Origin: Callorhinchus milii
Taxonomy: Eukaryota
Assembly (NCBI RefSeq): GCF_018977255.1
Contig: NW_024704742.1
Location: 81,656,001-81,720,000, forward strand
Length of the DNA stretch: 64,000 bases
Reading direction: 5' to 3'
This document shows, in pieces, positions 11,825 through 24,406 of the stretch. Every line of letters begins with the position of its first letter. Within the stretch, counting starts at the first letter, position 1. The notes below the pieces were generated by a model. That model worked only from the letters and a program-made list of their open reading frames with translations. It was not told the DNA's origin and ran no database searches. Made by a program: the position numbers and the translations under genes.

Positions 11825-11876
11825 CTAAAAAACATGTAAAGCGCTATATCAAATGCAAGGATTATTACTATTATTG
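11210..11876 (+). mobile_element. SINE family A long form whose tail is split by a younger SINE
   Basis: Head at 11210, body to ~11522, remaining tail at 11822-11876. Confidence 0.9.
11523..11821 (+). mobile_element. SINE family A short/young form, 5'-truncated at the anticodon loop
   Basis: Near-identical to the copies at 3272, 16389, 49703 and 59871; long (TTA)n tail. Confidence 0.95.
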
Positions 11877-12167
11877 CTGCCTGTATGGTGACATCAAGCA
11901 ACACCCATCACCAGCCTCTGATTAGCAATCTGTCAGTTTAGCATAATACATGTCAAAATAGCATGCTTATTACAGATTGTTTTAAAAATAAACCAGATTC
12001 TTCAACATGTGCTGCTTTGGAGAGATGCACATGTGGGTTAAGGACTCTGAGATACTACTACGTGAAGGGCACTATATAAATGCGAATTCCCCTCTGGTTA
12101 CTGATGGGAGTAACTATTGTGACTCCTTTTACAAATTCCCACATATTGGATCCCAATAGAAAGCACT

Positions 12168-12320
12168 ATAATAATAATAATCCTTTGCATTTGATATATC
12201 ATGTTGTCAAAGTCTCAAAACGCTTCACAGGATTTACTATAATGTACAGTGACTGTATTTTGTAGGTAAACGTGGCAGCCAATTTGTGCAGAAATCCTCT
12301 ACAAACAGTCATGAAGTGAA
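12168..12320 (-). mobile_element. SINE 3' fragment (family A/B tail)
   Basis: taataatcctttgcatttgatat...ggcagccaatttgtgca. Confidence 0.75.
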
Positions 12321-12552
12321 GTTCCTAAGTTATCAGGAAGCCTTTTTGTTGGGGCGGTGTTGGAGTTGATCATTGAGCAGCGAGAGTTTGAATGATCAAT
12401 TAATCCAATTTCCACCATATATTCCCTGTTGGGAACTAATCTGTTATAATCTGCGGCAGTTTAATTCGAAGTCTAATGTGCGGTATTTCTAACAATCCAA
12501 TGCATTTCCCACCCCTTTATTTATTAAATAATCAATGCATTCAAATGTTTAT

Positions 12553-12976
12553 TAGCTTAGTTCAGTTGATAGCCCTCTTGCCTCTGAATGAGAAGGTTTA
12601 TGAGTTCAAGGCCACATTGGGAATTTGAACTTGTGTGATATAAAATGATGCTCCATTGCAGTGCTGGGGGTGTGCTTATTGTTTGAAATGTGATCCTTCA
12701 GATGAAATGTTAAACCAAGCTCTATTTCAGGTGGATGTTAAAGATCCCATGGCACCAATGAAAAAGAGAATGGAGTTTCTACTGGTTTCCTGGCTAACAT
12801 TGCCTCAGATAAAATCAGTCACTTATTTTATGGCTATTTATGAAATATTGCTGTTGCAAATTGGCTGCCACATTCACCTATAATTACAGTCAGTACACTT
12901 TGTGGAAATTACCTGTGAAATGCTTTAAAATGTTTGACATTATATGCTCTATATCAAAATGCAATTATTATTATTG
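12553..12976 (+). mobile_element. Deu-domain SINE (family B), near full length
   Basis: tRNA-like head, Deu core tcagatgaaatgttaaacc...caggtggatgttaaagatcccatggcac, tail. Confidence 0.85.
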
Positions 12977-13742
12977 TCATGAATAATAATGACATAACAA
13001 TATAATGTAATCACAGAACCTAAGATGTCATATTTACCTTCTGCTTCTCATGAAGCTCCAAGTAGCTGTTTATTTTCCGCTGGAGAATTTTAATGTTGCA
13101 CCTTTTTATATAACCTGCTGGTGAAGACAGAAGAGATAAGTGTTCTTGTGATGAATAAAAGGTTGGGACATGCCTCTCTCCTTGTATTACGTCTGCTGTA
13201 TTGGATGCTAATGAAGTGGGACTTCTTTGCTGATAGTTTGATAAATTAAAGGGGTTTCGTGACACATTTTGCATGGATTTCATCACTGCTTTTTCTAGTT
13301 GACATCACAAAAATGATCAGTTTCATTCATTATTACTGACAGGTGATGGACTCACCTGCTGCTACATTGTCTAATATTCCCTTGCTTCTATTTGTATATA
13401 CTCAGGAGAATTGGTTGTGGGAAAAAAACCTTACACACTTAATAGAAGACCAGAGGAAGAGAAAACAGGGTTGTAAACTTGACTCCAGTCGCTCAGAGCA
13501 GTTATATTGTCATTTAGGTTAATTATGGCTTGAGGTGGTGGCAATAACATGGACAGAACAAGTATTTAGTTAGCGTTTCTGCTCTCTGGAAGCACCGTTC
13601 CCCGTTTCAAAGGCCTAGCTGTTGAGCAGATGGATCCAAGCATTTCTGTTATGTCTTCAGTGTACAAAATTCAAGTAAAATAGATTGAGTCTACTTCACT
13701 CATCATGTGCATGTGTTATTTCTTATTTTTTTCTTAGCACTT

Positions 13743-14363
13743 GATAAACAGCAAGTCACTGATCAACAATATCTACACAAAGCAGCCCCAATGACTCCAA
13801 CAATGTCTCTTTAGTCCAGGACTGCTAGACACAGTTGGCTGCTATCCAATATCGCAGTTTATTGAAATACAAAAGAGATGTGTAATCTTACCCTACAGCC
13901 CAGGCCTCATGCCATGCCACAGATCAATGTGTGATACATCATTCTGGAAACAGTCTCAACAATACATATATTCAGACCTGCTCCACAAGATATCACTTTG
14001 CACACTGTTAAGCAATGACATTTAAATACAGTTAACATTTCTGGTTTACATCCAATAGATCCTGAGCAGATTGGTTTGTAAAATAGATTTGATTCTACAT
14101 CATTCATCATATCCATATAGTAATTTTATCAATTGTTAAACAGCAGGTTACTGATCAACACAGCTTCACAAATGTGATCACTGTCTTCACAACGTCTCTT
14201 TAGTTCAGCATTGCTAGATGAGGTTGGTTGCGAGTAAAGCATCTTACTGAAATACAAGAGATGTGTTATGGAGATGCTGGGCTGTGACGACTTGTTATCT
14301 TTCATTCTGTATACTGTTAAGCAATGCAATTTGAATACAGTTAACATCTCTGTTTCACATACA
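13743..14363. repeat. Old local tandem duplication (13743-14053 vs 14135-14363)
   Basis: Collinear shared blocks taaacagca.gt.actgatcaaca, gtctctttagt.cag, tgaaatacaa, actgttaagcaatg, aatacagttaacat. Confidence 0.85.
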
Positions 14364-14599
14364 GTGTAGGTCTTAATTTATTGGCAGGCAGATAGCTTTG
14401 TTACAAAAGCTATCAATTGTTGAACCTTGAAACAATCTATATTTCCCAGTCTGAATCTATGGGTTGATGTTCTAATTAATACTAACGGTGCTTATTAAAA
14501 TCATTGAACAAGGGGACTTGTCAATGCATTAACTATCGACTGTCCTTTCCCTGACACCATTCAACAATCATAGCACCAGCTTGCATTTATGAGTCAAAG

Positions 14600-15537
14600 A
14601 GGTTGGTCAAATTAGTGGTGCCCAGAAACCATGCATTGTACTTCTGGTTTGGAGATTGCTGTGTTCCTGGTTAGTAACAAAACAAACTGTTTAGCGGTCA
14701 GATACATTGCTGAACAGCACCCAATATGCAATGCATTTAGTGCTATTGAATCTTTGCACTTCTTACGTGGAGTTTGACTGGGATTACCATGATCCGTCTC
14801 AGTTTCCTATTGCTTCAGTAGGACTTTAGGATCACGTCTTTGTGCGCTGTGTGTACCAGAGACCAAGAGCAGTTTGCTCAATGCTGATATAAGTTAGAAG
14901 GCCTGATGCTAATGCAAATGAACTAAGGCACAATTTGCGGTTCTTCCTCACCACATTCCTTGTCTTAGTTGACACAAGCACCGTGTTAAGGAATGCCATG
15001 AATTTTACCCTTGTCTCCCAGTAGAATGGCAACAAAATGAGTCAAAAACACAGGGTACAGAAGAAATAAGATAGATGGTAAAAAATAAAGTGATGTAAGG
15101 AGCTATGAGACCCAGCTCACAGGATCGTGGAAAGAATACACAACTGAGTCTTCCTTTTACGAACCTGTCTCGGGAGAGGTCCATGAAAGTCGTACTGAAA
15201 GCTTTAGTACAGAGACAGACGCAGGCTAAAAAAAATTAAAAGTGCGTTTGCAAAAGAATAGAGCTACAAGCTGCAAACTGCATAACCAAAATTCTATTCA
15301 TCTGCATCTGCAAGCAACCGATAGGTATGTGATCATCGCACATTCTTATCCATCATAATTAATTCATTGTAAGTGTGGCTAATGAAATTCTCCTTTACCT
15401 TTTGAATGTGTAAGTGTCTCTACTGGGACTACCAGGGCTATTTAACAACAGACACAGACAGGGACTTGGCATTAGTTGCATAAAGAAAATGAACAGTTAT
15501 GGGGTCATTTGATTCACTTACTGGTTATTAAGTTAAA
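14600..15537 (+). mobile_element. Degenerate piggyBac-like DNA transposon remnant (transposase C-terminal part)
   Basis: Frameshifted motifs YQ/ETKSSLLNAD (cf. YN.TKGGVD..D), FLVLVDTS...NA, Cys-rich KR...NC.TK...CICKQPI, and an end ggggtcattttga...gttaa. Confidence 0.5.
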
Positions 15538-15904
15538 TAATGTGGCTCCAATATATTTACCGTTGCCATCTGGATCTTTAGCAACATCTGCATATGCAGA
15601 TATATCCAGCCTCCCAGCTAAATAACATGGCCTTTTAAAAGAAGGAGAATATATTCAATTTATTTTATTTTCCATTTATCATGTCAGTAACTTGCGGAAA
15701 TTACTCTGGTTCATTCAATGTAATGAGTCTACTTATCAGGAACATGAATACAGAATTAGTATCTAAGATTTACCAATTGTCTGCAGAGAAAACAACTGCT
15801 TGTGTTTTAGTGCTGATCTTGAAGACAGATACATAGGGAGACATAGGTACACTGTTTGCTTGTTAAAGTTTACTTCTTGGTCTTTTCTTTCATGAACAGT
15901 TAAT

Positions 15905-16232
15905 CTTTAAATTTGATATTGTGCCTTTTCATGAGACTGCTCAAAGCTTTGAAGGATATACTGTAATGTGCAGTGACTGTGTATTTGTAGGCAAATGTTT
16001 CAGCCAATTTGTGCTCAACAATGTCCTGCAAACAGCCATGAAGTAAATGATCATTTTATTTCGAGGATTGCTATCCAGAACATCATGGGAAACTCCCTTC
16101 TCTTTTTGAATAATGCCACGGAATCTTTAATGTTCATCCGAACAGGCAGATGGGACCTTAGTTTAACATCTCATTCGAAGGATGGCACCTCTGATAATGT
16201 AGAACACCCCCAGGTACACTGGAGTGTCAGTT
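15905..16232 (-). mobile_element. Deu-domain SINE (family B)
   Basis: gccacggaatctttaatgttcatccgaacaggcagatgggacc is the reverse complement of the Deu core. Confidence 0.85.
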
Positions 16233-16388
16233 TCTGGAAGGATATAGTTTAAAATCTTTGCTACTTTTGGTATTTTCTTGTGAAGTACTTTTTCAACCAC
16301 GATGAATGGAAACCCTACAAAGCACACAGTTACTCCAGTTTACTGTATATCCTGTGAAGCACTTTGGGGCATCCTCCTGACACCATAT

Positions 16389-16717
16389 GGAGTCCTGTAG
16401 CTCAGTGGTTAGAGCACTCGCTTTGCAAGCGAGAGACCTGAGTTCAATTCCAGGCAGCGCGAAACCTTGGGCAAGTTTCCTTACTCCACACACCTAATAA
16501 TAATCCCTCCAAAACCAAAAACAATAATAAATTGGTCATTTTCAATCTACGACTGTTTGTGGGACATTGCTGTGCGCAATTGGCTGCCGCGTTCACCCAC
16601 AAATATACAGTCAATTCACTTTACAGTGTGTTCTGTGAAGCGCTTTGGGACATCCTCCCGACGTGAAAAGCGCTATATCAAATGCAAGGGTTATTATTGT
16701 TGTTATTATTATTATTA
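16389..16717 (+). mobile_element. SINE family A short/young form, full length
   Basis: Intact A/B boxes and L2-type tail; sits between pieces of an older SINE tail (~16340-16385 and 16718-16738). Confidence 0.95.
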
Positions 16718-16751
16718 TATGAAATGTAAGGATTATTACATGAAACTTGAA

Positions 16752-17272
16752 ACATTGGGCAAGTATCCCTACTCCATGCGTCTCTGTTTACCGAGCAGTG
16801 AGTAGGAACCCAGTTGTTAGTCAATTGACAGGTCGCTGTTACGGGGGTAATAATCCCTTAAAAAAAAGTTTAGTCTCTGAATCCATAACTGTTTGTGGGA
16901 CACTGCTGTGCGCAATTGACTGCTACGTTTCGCCCACAAAATATATAGTCAATTCACCATACAGTACAACAACAACAAAATTACATTTATGGAGCGCCTT
17001 TCAAGTTGGAAGGATCTCCCAAGGTGCTGGACAGACAGGGGTCAGGACCCGAGCATGGGGGAGGGGTGGGATGGGGGTGAGGGAAGGCAGAGAGCTGGGA
17101 GGGCGACTGAAGGCACAATTGAAGAGGAGGGTCTTGAGACCGGCCTTGATGGAGGCAAGGGAGGAAGTGAGGTGAAGGGAATGTGGGATGGATATATTCT
17201 GTGAAGCACTTTGAGACATCTCGAAGATGTGATAAGGTGGATATCAAACACAATGATTATTATTATTATTAT
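16752..17272 (+). mobile_element. SINE family A long form, headless, split by an L2 insertion
   Basis: Body 16752-16966 resumes at 17193 (atattctgtgaagcactttgagac). Confidence 0.88.
16966..17191 (-). mobile_element. L2 LINE 3' end nested in a SINE
   Basis: (CAA)n tail; SIKAGLKTLLFNCAF translation. Confidence 0.9.
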
Positions 17273-17277
17273 TTCGC

Positions 17278-18103
17278 ATTTACTCTCCTGATTGGCTTCC
17301 ACAGCGCCTCCGCACCACAGGCACTGGCTGCATCAGCATCCAAGGATGCACACTCCACCTCACCAAGCCAGTCAGGAACCTGGGCATCTTGTTCGACCCT
17401 CAACTCTCCTTTCTCCCCCACGTCCATGCCATGACCTGCTCTGCCTTTATAGAGTCATCGAATTATACAGCACAGAAGGAGGCCATTTGGTTCATCTTGT
17501 CCATGCCGGCTCTTTGAAAAGAGCTATCCAATTCAATCTCACTCCCCCACGCTCTCCCCATAGCCCTGCAAACTTGTCCTCCCCAAATAATTATCTATCC
17601 CCCCCATACTTTCCCCCACCTACGCAACATTGACCAACTCTGTTACTGCCTCACCCCTCAGGCCGCCAAAACCCTCATACATGCCTTCATTACAACCAGG
17701 CTTTACTATGCCAATGCCCTGTTTGTCGGACTTCCCAACTCTTCCCTCCACAAGCCGCAGATCATACAGAACTCTGCAAATCGTGTCTTCTTCCGCCCCA
17801 GGATCCGTGATACCATCACACCCACCCTCACCTGGCTCCACTGGCTCCTCATCCATCAGAGGATCAAGTTGAAAATTCTCATCCTCAACTTCAAGGCTCT
17901 CATTGGCCTTGCCATTTCCTAGCTCTCTGACCTGCTAACCCCTTATCAACCTGTCCGCTGCTGCTCCTCTTCGACTGTGCCTTCGGCCACCCTTCTACCC
18001 TCTCTGCCCTCCTTCCTCCCTGATCCCAAACCACCCCCGCTCGTGTCCTAATCCCTGACTGTTCAGCACCAACATGAAAGGCGCTTTACAAATGTAATTT
18101 TGT
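17278..18103 (+). mobile_element. 5'-truncated L2 LINE split by a CR1 3' end
   Basis: RNLGILFDPQLSF, RL.YANA, LHWL and KLKILIL motifs; tail at ~18055-18103. Confidence 0.9.
17449..17600 (-). mobile_element. CR1-type 3' end nested in L2
   Basis: atagagtcat...acagcacagaaggaggccatt, the typical reverse-complement CR1 3'UTR. Confidence 0.75.
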
Positions 18104-19247
18104 AGTGTATTCTATTTAGCTACCTTAAGTCAATCTGCTACATCTCAGCCCATCTGATCAACTGGTCCAGATGTTTTGGAATGCTGCCATCTTCCTTATA
18201 TATTTTTTCAACTTAATAGCATGGTAGCAACTGCAAGAGTTAATTATTATGGGAAGGAAGCAAACTTCAAGAGTGGTTCCACTCTAAAAGCTGATATTTC
18301 TCAGTTGAAATAGAAGAAATATTGAAGCCAAAATTATCCTTCCTTCCAGTATTTGTGTTTTAATCTGAATATATTGTTGTTTGGCACTGATCTGTTTTGG
18401 TTTTTCAGGTTATACTGTATTAATAAATAGCTTGCAGTGGAATTCACTCTCTTTTCTTTCTTTAATACAATAATTCCCTGTCCAGCTCGCTGCTGATATG
18501 AAAGAACCAGAGGATGAGATATTTGAATAACTGCATGTGGGCTAAACCTTGGTGACCTGTGTTTTGTTGGTTACTAATGTGACATATCTTCATTAATTAT
18601 TCATTCCCATTATAAATGAAATAAAAGCTGTTCAAAAATAAAACCTAAATTAAGTTGTAATTTGTCACGAATTAAGTTAATGCAAATGTATTTCTTCTAA
18701 AATGATTTTTAGCGAAATAACAAAATGCTGCGTATATTTTCAAGCTGTTTTTCTCAGCATTTGGGAAATGGTTTTCTGTCAGTTATTGAATGACTTCAAA
18801 TTGGTAAATCTTGAAAAGGCACACCGTAAGACAAAGTGGTGTGTTCTCACCAATCGTAGCTTTGTTCTGGTGAAGTTAATATGTGCATTTTACATTGACA
18901 TCTCCAAGTGCTCCACAGGGTTGAGAGGTCATCTGAACCAAGACATCCACTTCACTTTACTCATACAGATGTTCCCCTGAGCTCCATTTTGAAGATAACA
19001 TAAATCATTCATCTCTCACATTCTGAAAAGCATAATACCATATTAAATTTGGCTACAGCTAATAGCAATGAGACTGAGTGTCTGAATGTTAAGTTCACAG
19101 TTGAGTGCGGAGTCACTCTTTGTTTAAAACATTGACATGAAGCAGGTCTGTCACCAAGTATTCACTTGGGATTGTCGTCGTGCTAATCCTTTGCTGTGTC
19201 GGAGACACCACTTATGCTTTCATCCATGATAGGGTTGTGAAATACGG

Positions 19248-19535
19248 AATAATAATAATCCTTGTATTTGATATAGAATCTTATCATGTTGTTGTAATGT
19301 CTCAAAGCGCCTCACAGGAGGTACTGTAAAGTGGAGTCACTATGTATTTTGTGGGCAAAACGTGACAGCCAGTTGTGCACAACAATGTCCCACAAACAGC
19401 CATGGAGTGAATTATTAGTATTATTTTGGGGACACCGGGAGAGGGAAACTCCCTTTACTTTTCGAGTAATGCCATGGGATCTTTAACATCCACTTAAACA
19501 AGTAGACTGGACCTCGGTTTAACATCTGATCCCAT
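19248..19535 (-). mobile_element. Deu-domain SINE (family B) 3' two-thirds
   Basis: gccatgggatctttaacatccac...cctcggtttaacatc. Confidence 0.88.
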
Positions 19536-19891
19536 GAAAGCCTGAAATGGAAGATTTGCATAAAAACTGAGGGATCAGAGTGAGGAGGACTCATTAGTCC
19601 ATCATAATGACCCAGTGGCGGTGGAAGCTTGGTAGCCAATACTGTCTGCATTTTAAAAGAAGCAAGTAAGAGGGCAGAGAAGCTTGATTTAGGTGACGTG
19701 ATGCAAAATGTTTCACTCTGCAAGATTCCATATTGATGCTGAATCACCTCTTGAAGTGTTCGGCAGAGGAATGGGTCACCGATTTGAATGCTTTATTTTC
19801 ATTATTCATGACAGTTTAAGTGGTGTTTCTGGATCACCAATATTTGAATCATGTTATTTTTCCAGCGTAACTCCAACACAGAATGTGGACT

Positions 19892-20075
19892 ATAATAATG
19901 ATAATAATCCTTGCATTTGATATAGTGCCTTATCACTTTGTTGAGACATCTCAAAGTGCTTCACAGGATATACTGTAAAGTGATGTTACTATGAGTATTT
20001 TGATGCCGAACAGGGCTGCCAATTTGTGCACAGAAAAGTCCTACGAACAGCCATGGAGTGAGTGACCAATTTTGT
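19892..20075 (-). mobile_element. SINE 3' fragment
   Basis: Shared tail and Deu 3' body. Confidence 0.8.
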
Positions 20076-20118
20076 AATCACAGTTTAAAATATGAATATA
20101 ACTATGTAACAGAGAAAA

Positions 20119-20305
20119 GTATCTGACACATGGAAAAAAAAGTATCCAAACCAAACTCAGAATTCCATGCATCCCACCTACGCATGGAAATTCCTGTGTA
20201 TTTGGATGGCATGGGTATTCTTTCCCCAGAGGGATGCACACTGCGTCCTAATTCTAGAGAGTTTTAGACATATGTTGGCAAGAGTCAAAGCTTGTGGACC
20301 CCAGA
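20119..20305 (-). mobile_element. Family C fragment
   Basis: tatccaaaccaaactcagaattccatgcatcccaccta shared with the other copies. Confidence 0.85.
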
Positions 20306-22689
20306 CTGGGATCTTTATGAAGGTTTAATCCCTGGGTCAGTAGCATATTTAGGAGTGAACCTTTTTTTTCTGTAGTTATGAAAATTGGTTGTGATCTTCA
20401 GGCACATTCAAACGATCTCAGAATAACTTGTCTTCTATTTATCAAACTCATTTTGAAAAGTCTTTTGTTCATATTTGGATCAGTCTAAATAGGAACAAAG
20501 AACTGATATGTTTAAAACAGTGCAGTAGGTGTCACTGTTATCTGTAAATGAACTTCTTTTCCCTCCGTTTCTGACTCTCATTCTCTGTGTGCAGGTGGTG
20601 ACGGATGATGAACCTGATTTAATTTGAAAATTGTGTTGTTGCCTTTGGGCTTTGTTGATAATAGTCACAGTACAATATTAGCCTCTGTTCCTTCATCTTT
20701 TATTGCTTTGTATTGCTAATTAAACTTGAAATGGCTCCAAATTTCAGGTAGTTAAAAATATATTAATTTAATCAGTTACCAGAACTGGCACATAATTTGT
20801 AAGACAAGCTTTTCATATATATATTATATATATATTATGCATGGCTGGGCAGCAAGCATGAATGTGAAATTCCAGACTGAAAAGATTAATCCATTTTGAA
20901 AGTTTGTGGGTAATGATTGGTGTTGATGGAAATCGAAATACCTTACATTTTGGGTCAAATGACAGTCTGAGACGAGCTGAATTTCATTAAGCTGCTATAT
21001 GTTAGAATAGGGACAGTTATATTTTCCTTTTCCCCACAAACCCCTCTCCACATACACACTCAACTTCACCCTGGATGTGAGCTTCCATTCCAGTATCCAA
21101 AGAGCACCCTGCATCCTACATCTCCAAAATAATAACTTTGTTCCAATAGAATAGTGCCTTTGTTGTGCATAATTGGTTGCCGCGATTCTCCCACAGAGTA
21201 CACAGTCAATTCACTTTACAATATATTCTATAACGTGCTTTGAGATGTCTCAACAACTTGATAAGGCAAATTAATGCAGTAAATAAATGTAAGAATTGTT
21301 ATCATTATTGTAGTCAGCTCTGAGCTTTGAGCTTGTGTGAACTCTGAATCAGACCAAATCAGCTCAATAGTTATTTTATCACTGGAATAAGATTGTATTT
21401 GTGAATTTACAGATACAGCAGAATCGCAGCATTCAGTCCTGCAATATTATCCACATTTATTCTTCAATACATCATAACATTACAAGATGACAATATATTG
21501 TACATGGATTTATACTGTGTAGTGGAGCCAGTGTTTCTGATCAAAATATGATCGGGTCTGAAATACTCATATGACACTCCAATATCATGTTGATCACTGA
21601 CACCTACCATCACCATTGCTGTTTGCGAACTTCACTTGCCAACAGATGGGAAAAAATCAAAGAGTACACAAAATATTCTCTCACAGCTTATTATATCATC
21701 AGAATCTTTCAGTTGAGTGATTGGAATAAAATAGGGCCTCAGTTTCCATGACACTAGGAGTCAGTGCCTTCAGGAGAGGAAGGGAAAAATATGGAGCAGA
21801 GGGAAAAAGCAAAAAAGGGAACGTTTTAAAAATATGCCCTGTCCTTGAAGATGAAAATTTGTGTTGGGTCAGGAATGTGAAGGCTTTTAGCAATTGTTTT
21901 CAAGGGAAGCTGGTGTTGACATAATTCCCCGAGGTGCTTCTTTCTCTTTCTTTCTATGGAGCAGGCTGTGCTGGAGATGGTTAGCAAAATGATATCACTG
22001 CTTTGCTCTACTCTGAAACAGTGGCAGATCACAGGCAGATTCACCAAACCAGAGGTTACAGCTATCAGAGGAGTTGTAGCAAATCAGACATTGTGAGGTT
22101 AACTCTCAGCAGGGTTTGACAATGTGTTGACTGCAAGCAAAATGATACAAAGAAAAGATAAGAGAAAGAATGCAATTAGGCAATTGTCATCCTTAGTGTC
22201 AGGACAATCCTGTCTTAGAAACTGCTGTATTAACGATGAAACTACAGCATGCTTACGGAAGAAGGCTGGTAAGAAAGAATTGCCCCCAAAGAGACAGGAT
22301 TGTTATGTTACATTGTTACCTGATGGGGACAGTTTAAAACTGGATCGTTCACACCATCACGTTTGATGAATAGCAGATATAAAAGAATTGCCAATTTTGG
22401 ACTTGTTCATCAATTTCCAAATGTAAGTTGTAGTGCTAATTTATATGTTTTCATTTTTATAATTCAAAATCAAACTAGATACAAAAGACTTTGTGAATCA
22501 GAACTATCTAATTTACTAATATAAATTAAAATAGACAAAAGAACAAGGGAGAATATGTTTGGGACGACATAATTGACTATAGTGTTGCTTTTTATACACA
22601 TATATATAGATTTTATATAACATATATTATGTATTTTATGTGCATTCAAAATTAAAAGAACATTTTAAAGAGTGTCATACATACAGATA

Positions 22690-22842
22690 ATACATACAAA
22701 TTTACAACACAGAAGGAGGGGATTGGCCCACCGAGTATACACGAGCTCTCAGAGCAAGATGCACTTTCAATCCCACTCCCTGCCCAATCCCCCATAAATC
22801 TTCAAGCCTTTCTCACAAACCTGTCTACTACCCTCTTGAAAC
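22690..22842 (-). mobile_element. CR1-type 3' end
   Basis: acaacacagaaggagg...ttggccca...aatcccactccc. Confidence 0.65.
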
Positions 22843-23033
22843 CCATAATTATTTTACCAGGCAGTGTCTAAGAGAGTATCTAAGGCACAAAAGAGGAAAG
22901 AAGGAAAACAATTGGGACATAGTATGTCTTTGTTAATTTCAATCATTATCAGATTGTCAGTGGTCATGCTTGATTTTTATATAATTTTAATAAAGTGTAC
23001 TCAGTGGTGGATTAACAATAGTAATAATAATGC

Positions 23034-23103
23034 TGCCGGGAATCGAACGCAGGTCCTCTCGCTTGCAAGGTGAGTGCTCTAATCATTAAACTACAGGATT
23101 CCA
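23034..23103 (-). mobile_element. SINE family A tRNA head only
   Basis: Reverse complement of the A box, anticodon arm and B box. Confidence 0.8.
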
Positions 23104-23159
23104 ATGGCATCAATATTGCTGTGTTGCTCGGCCCACGCTCGGAAGGGGTCTATTCTACA

Positions 23160-24267
23160 CCATGGAACACTCCATCCTCTGCCTCCTCAACATTCAAGGT
23201 TTTTTCCTTGAATGGTTCAGGTCTTATCTCTCATACCATCTCCAATTTGTCTCTGCCAACGGTTTCTCTTCCAGCCCCCTCACAGTCTTGTGTGGTGTTC
23301 CTCAGGGCTTTGTCCTTGGTCTCCTCCTCTTCAATCTCTACATGCTTTCTCCTCCGCATCATCCGCAGACATGGGGTCAACTTCCACATTTATTCAGATG
23401 ACACCTAACTCTATCTCTCTGCCTCCATCCTCAATTCCAGGACAACTGACATCCTGACAGACTGTCTGTCAGACATCAGCTTCTGCATGAGAGCCAACTT
23501 TCTACAGCCGAATGTCAGCAAAATCAAGGCCCTCCTGATTGGCTCACGCCAAAGACTCCGCATGGCAGGCACTGTCAGCATCAACATCCATGGATGCACA
23601 CTCCACCTCATCAAGCCAGTCAGGAACCTGTGAATCATGTTCGACCCTCAACTGTACTTTCTCCCCCATATCCATGCAATGACCCGCTTTGCTTTCCCCC
23701 ACCTCCACAACATTGTCCGATTCCACCATTGCCTCACCCCTCAAGCCACTGAAACCCTCATACATGCATTTGGCACCACAAGGCTTGACTATGGAAATTT
23801 CCTCCTGGTTGGCCTACCCAACTCTTCCCTCCACAAGCTGCAGGGGATAAAATTCAAAATCCTCATCCTCACTTTCAAGGCCCTTCACAGCCTTGCCCCC
23901 TCCTTCATCTCTGACCTGCTGACCCCCAAATCAACCTGTCTGTTCCCTGCATTCAGCAGACTCCAGCCGGCTCCATGTCTCCTGCCCGACCCGCCCCAAC
24001 AGAGGCTTTCAGCCTCTCTGCTCCCACACTCTGGAACTCCAGCCCACAATCCCTTCACCTTGCTCCCTTTCTTACCTCCTTCAAGGTACGACTCAAGACC
24101 TTCCTTTTCAACCATGTCTTCAGCCACCTTCCTACATCTTTGCCCTCCTTCACCCCAACCCTGTCCCCCCACTTTCGGGTCCTGATCCCTGATTGTTCGG
24201 AGCATAGGGACATCCTCCTGACGTGAAAGGCACTTTATGAATATAGTTTTGCTTCTTATTGTTGTTG
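23160..24267 (+). mobile_element. 5'-truncated L2 LINE (RT core to 3' end)
   Basis: [61 protein letters not shown] and tail. Confidence 0.95.
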
Positions 24268-24406
24268 TATTCAGCGGCAGATGGCTACACAGGAAATTGG
24301 GAAATTTCCCAAGCTCAAAGTGATTGGCTACCAAGCATCACCCATGAATCAGCTCCCATATTTTACCTCACAATCCTGAGCTCTTTGGGAGCCAGTTTAT
24401 CACTAG

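Noticed and set aside
13038..13051. MRSR(S) start resembling the phosphorylase kinase alpha N-terminus
   Set aside because: Only four or five residues match and no downstream matching exon was found.
21965..22096. Plus-strand exon after a pyrimidine tract (AVLEMVSKM...)
   Set aside because: No good donor and no recognisable peptide.
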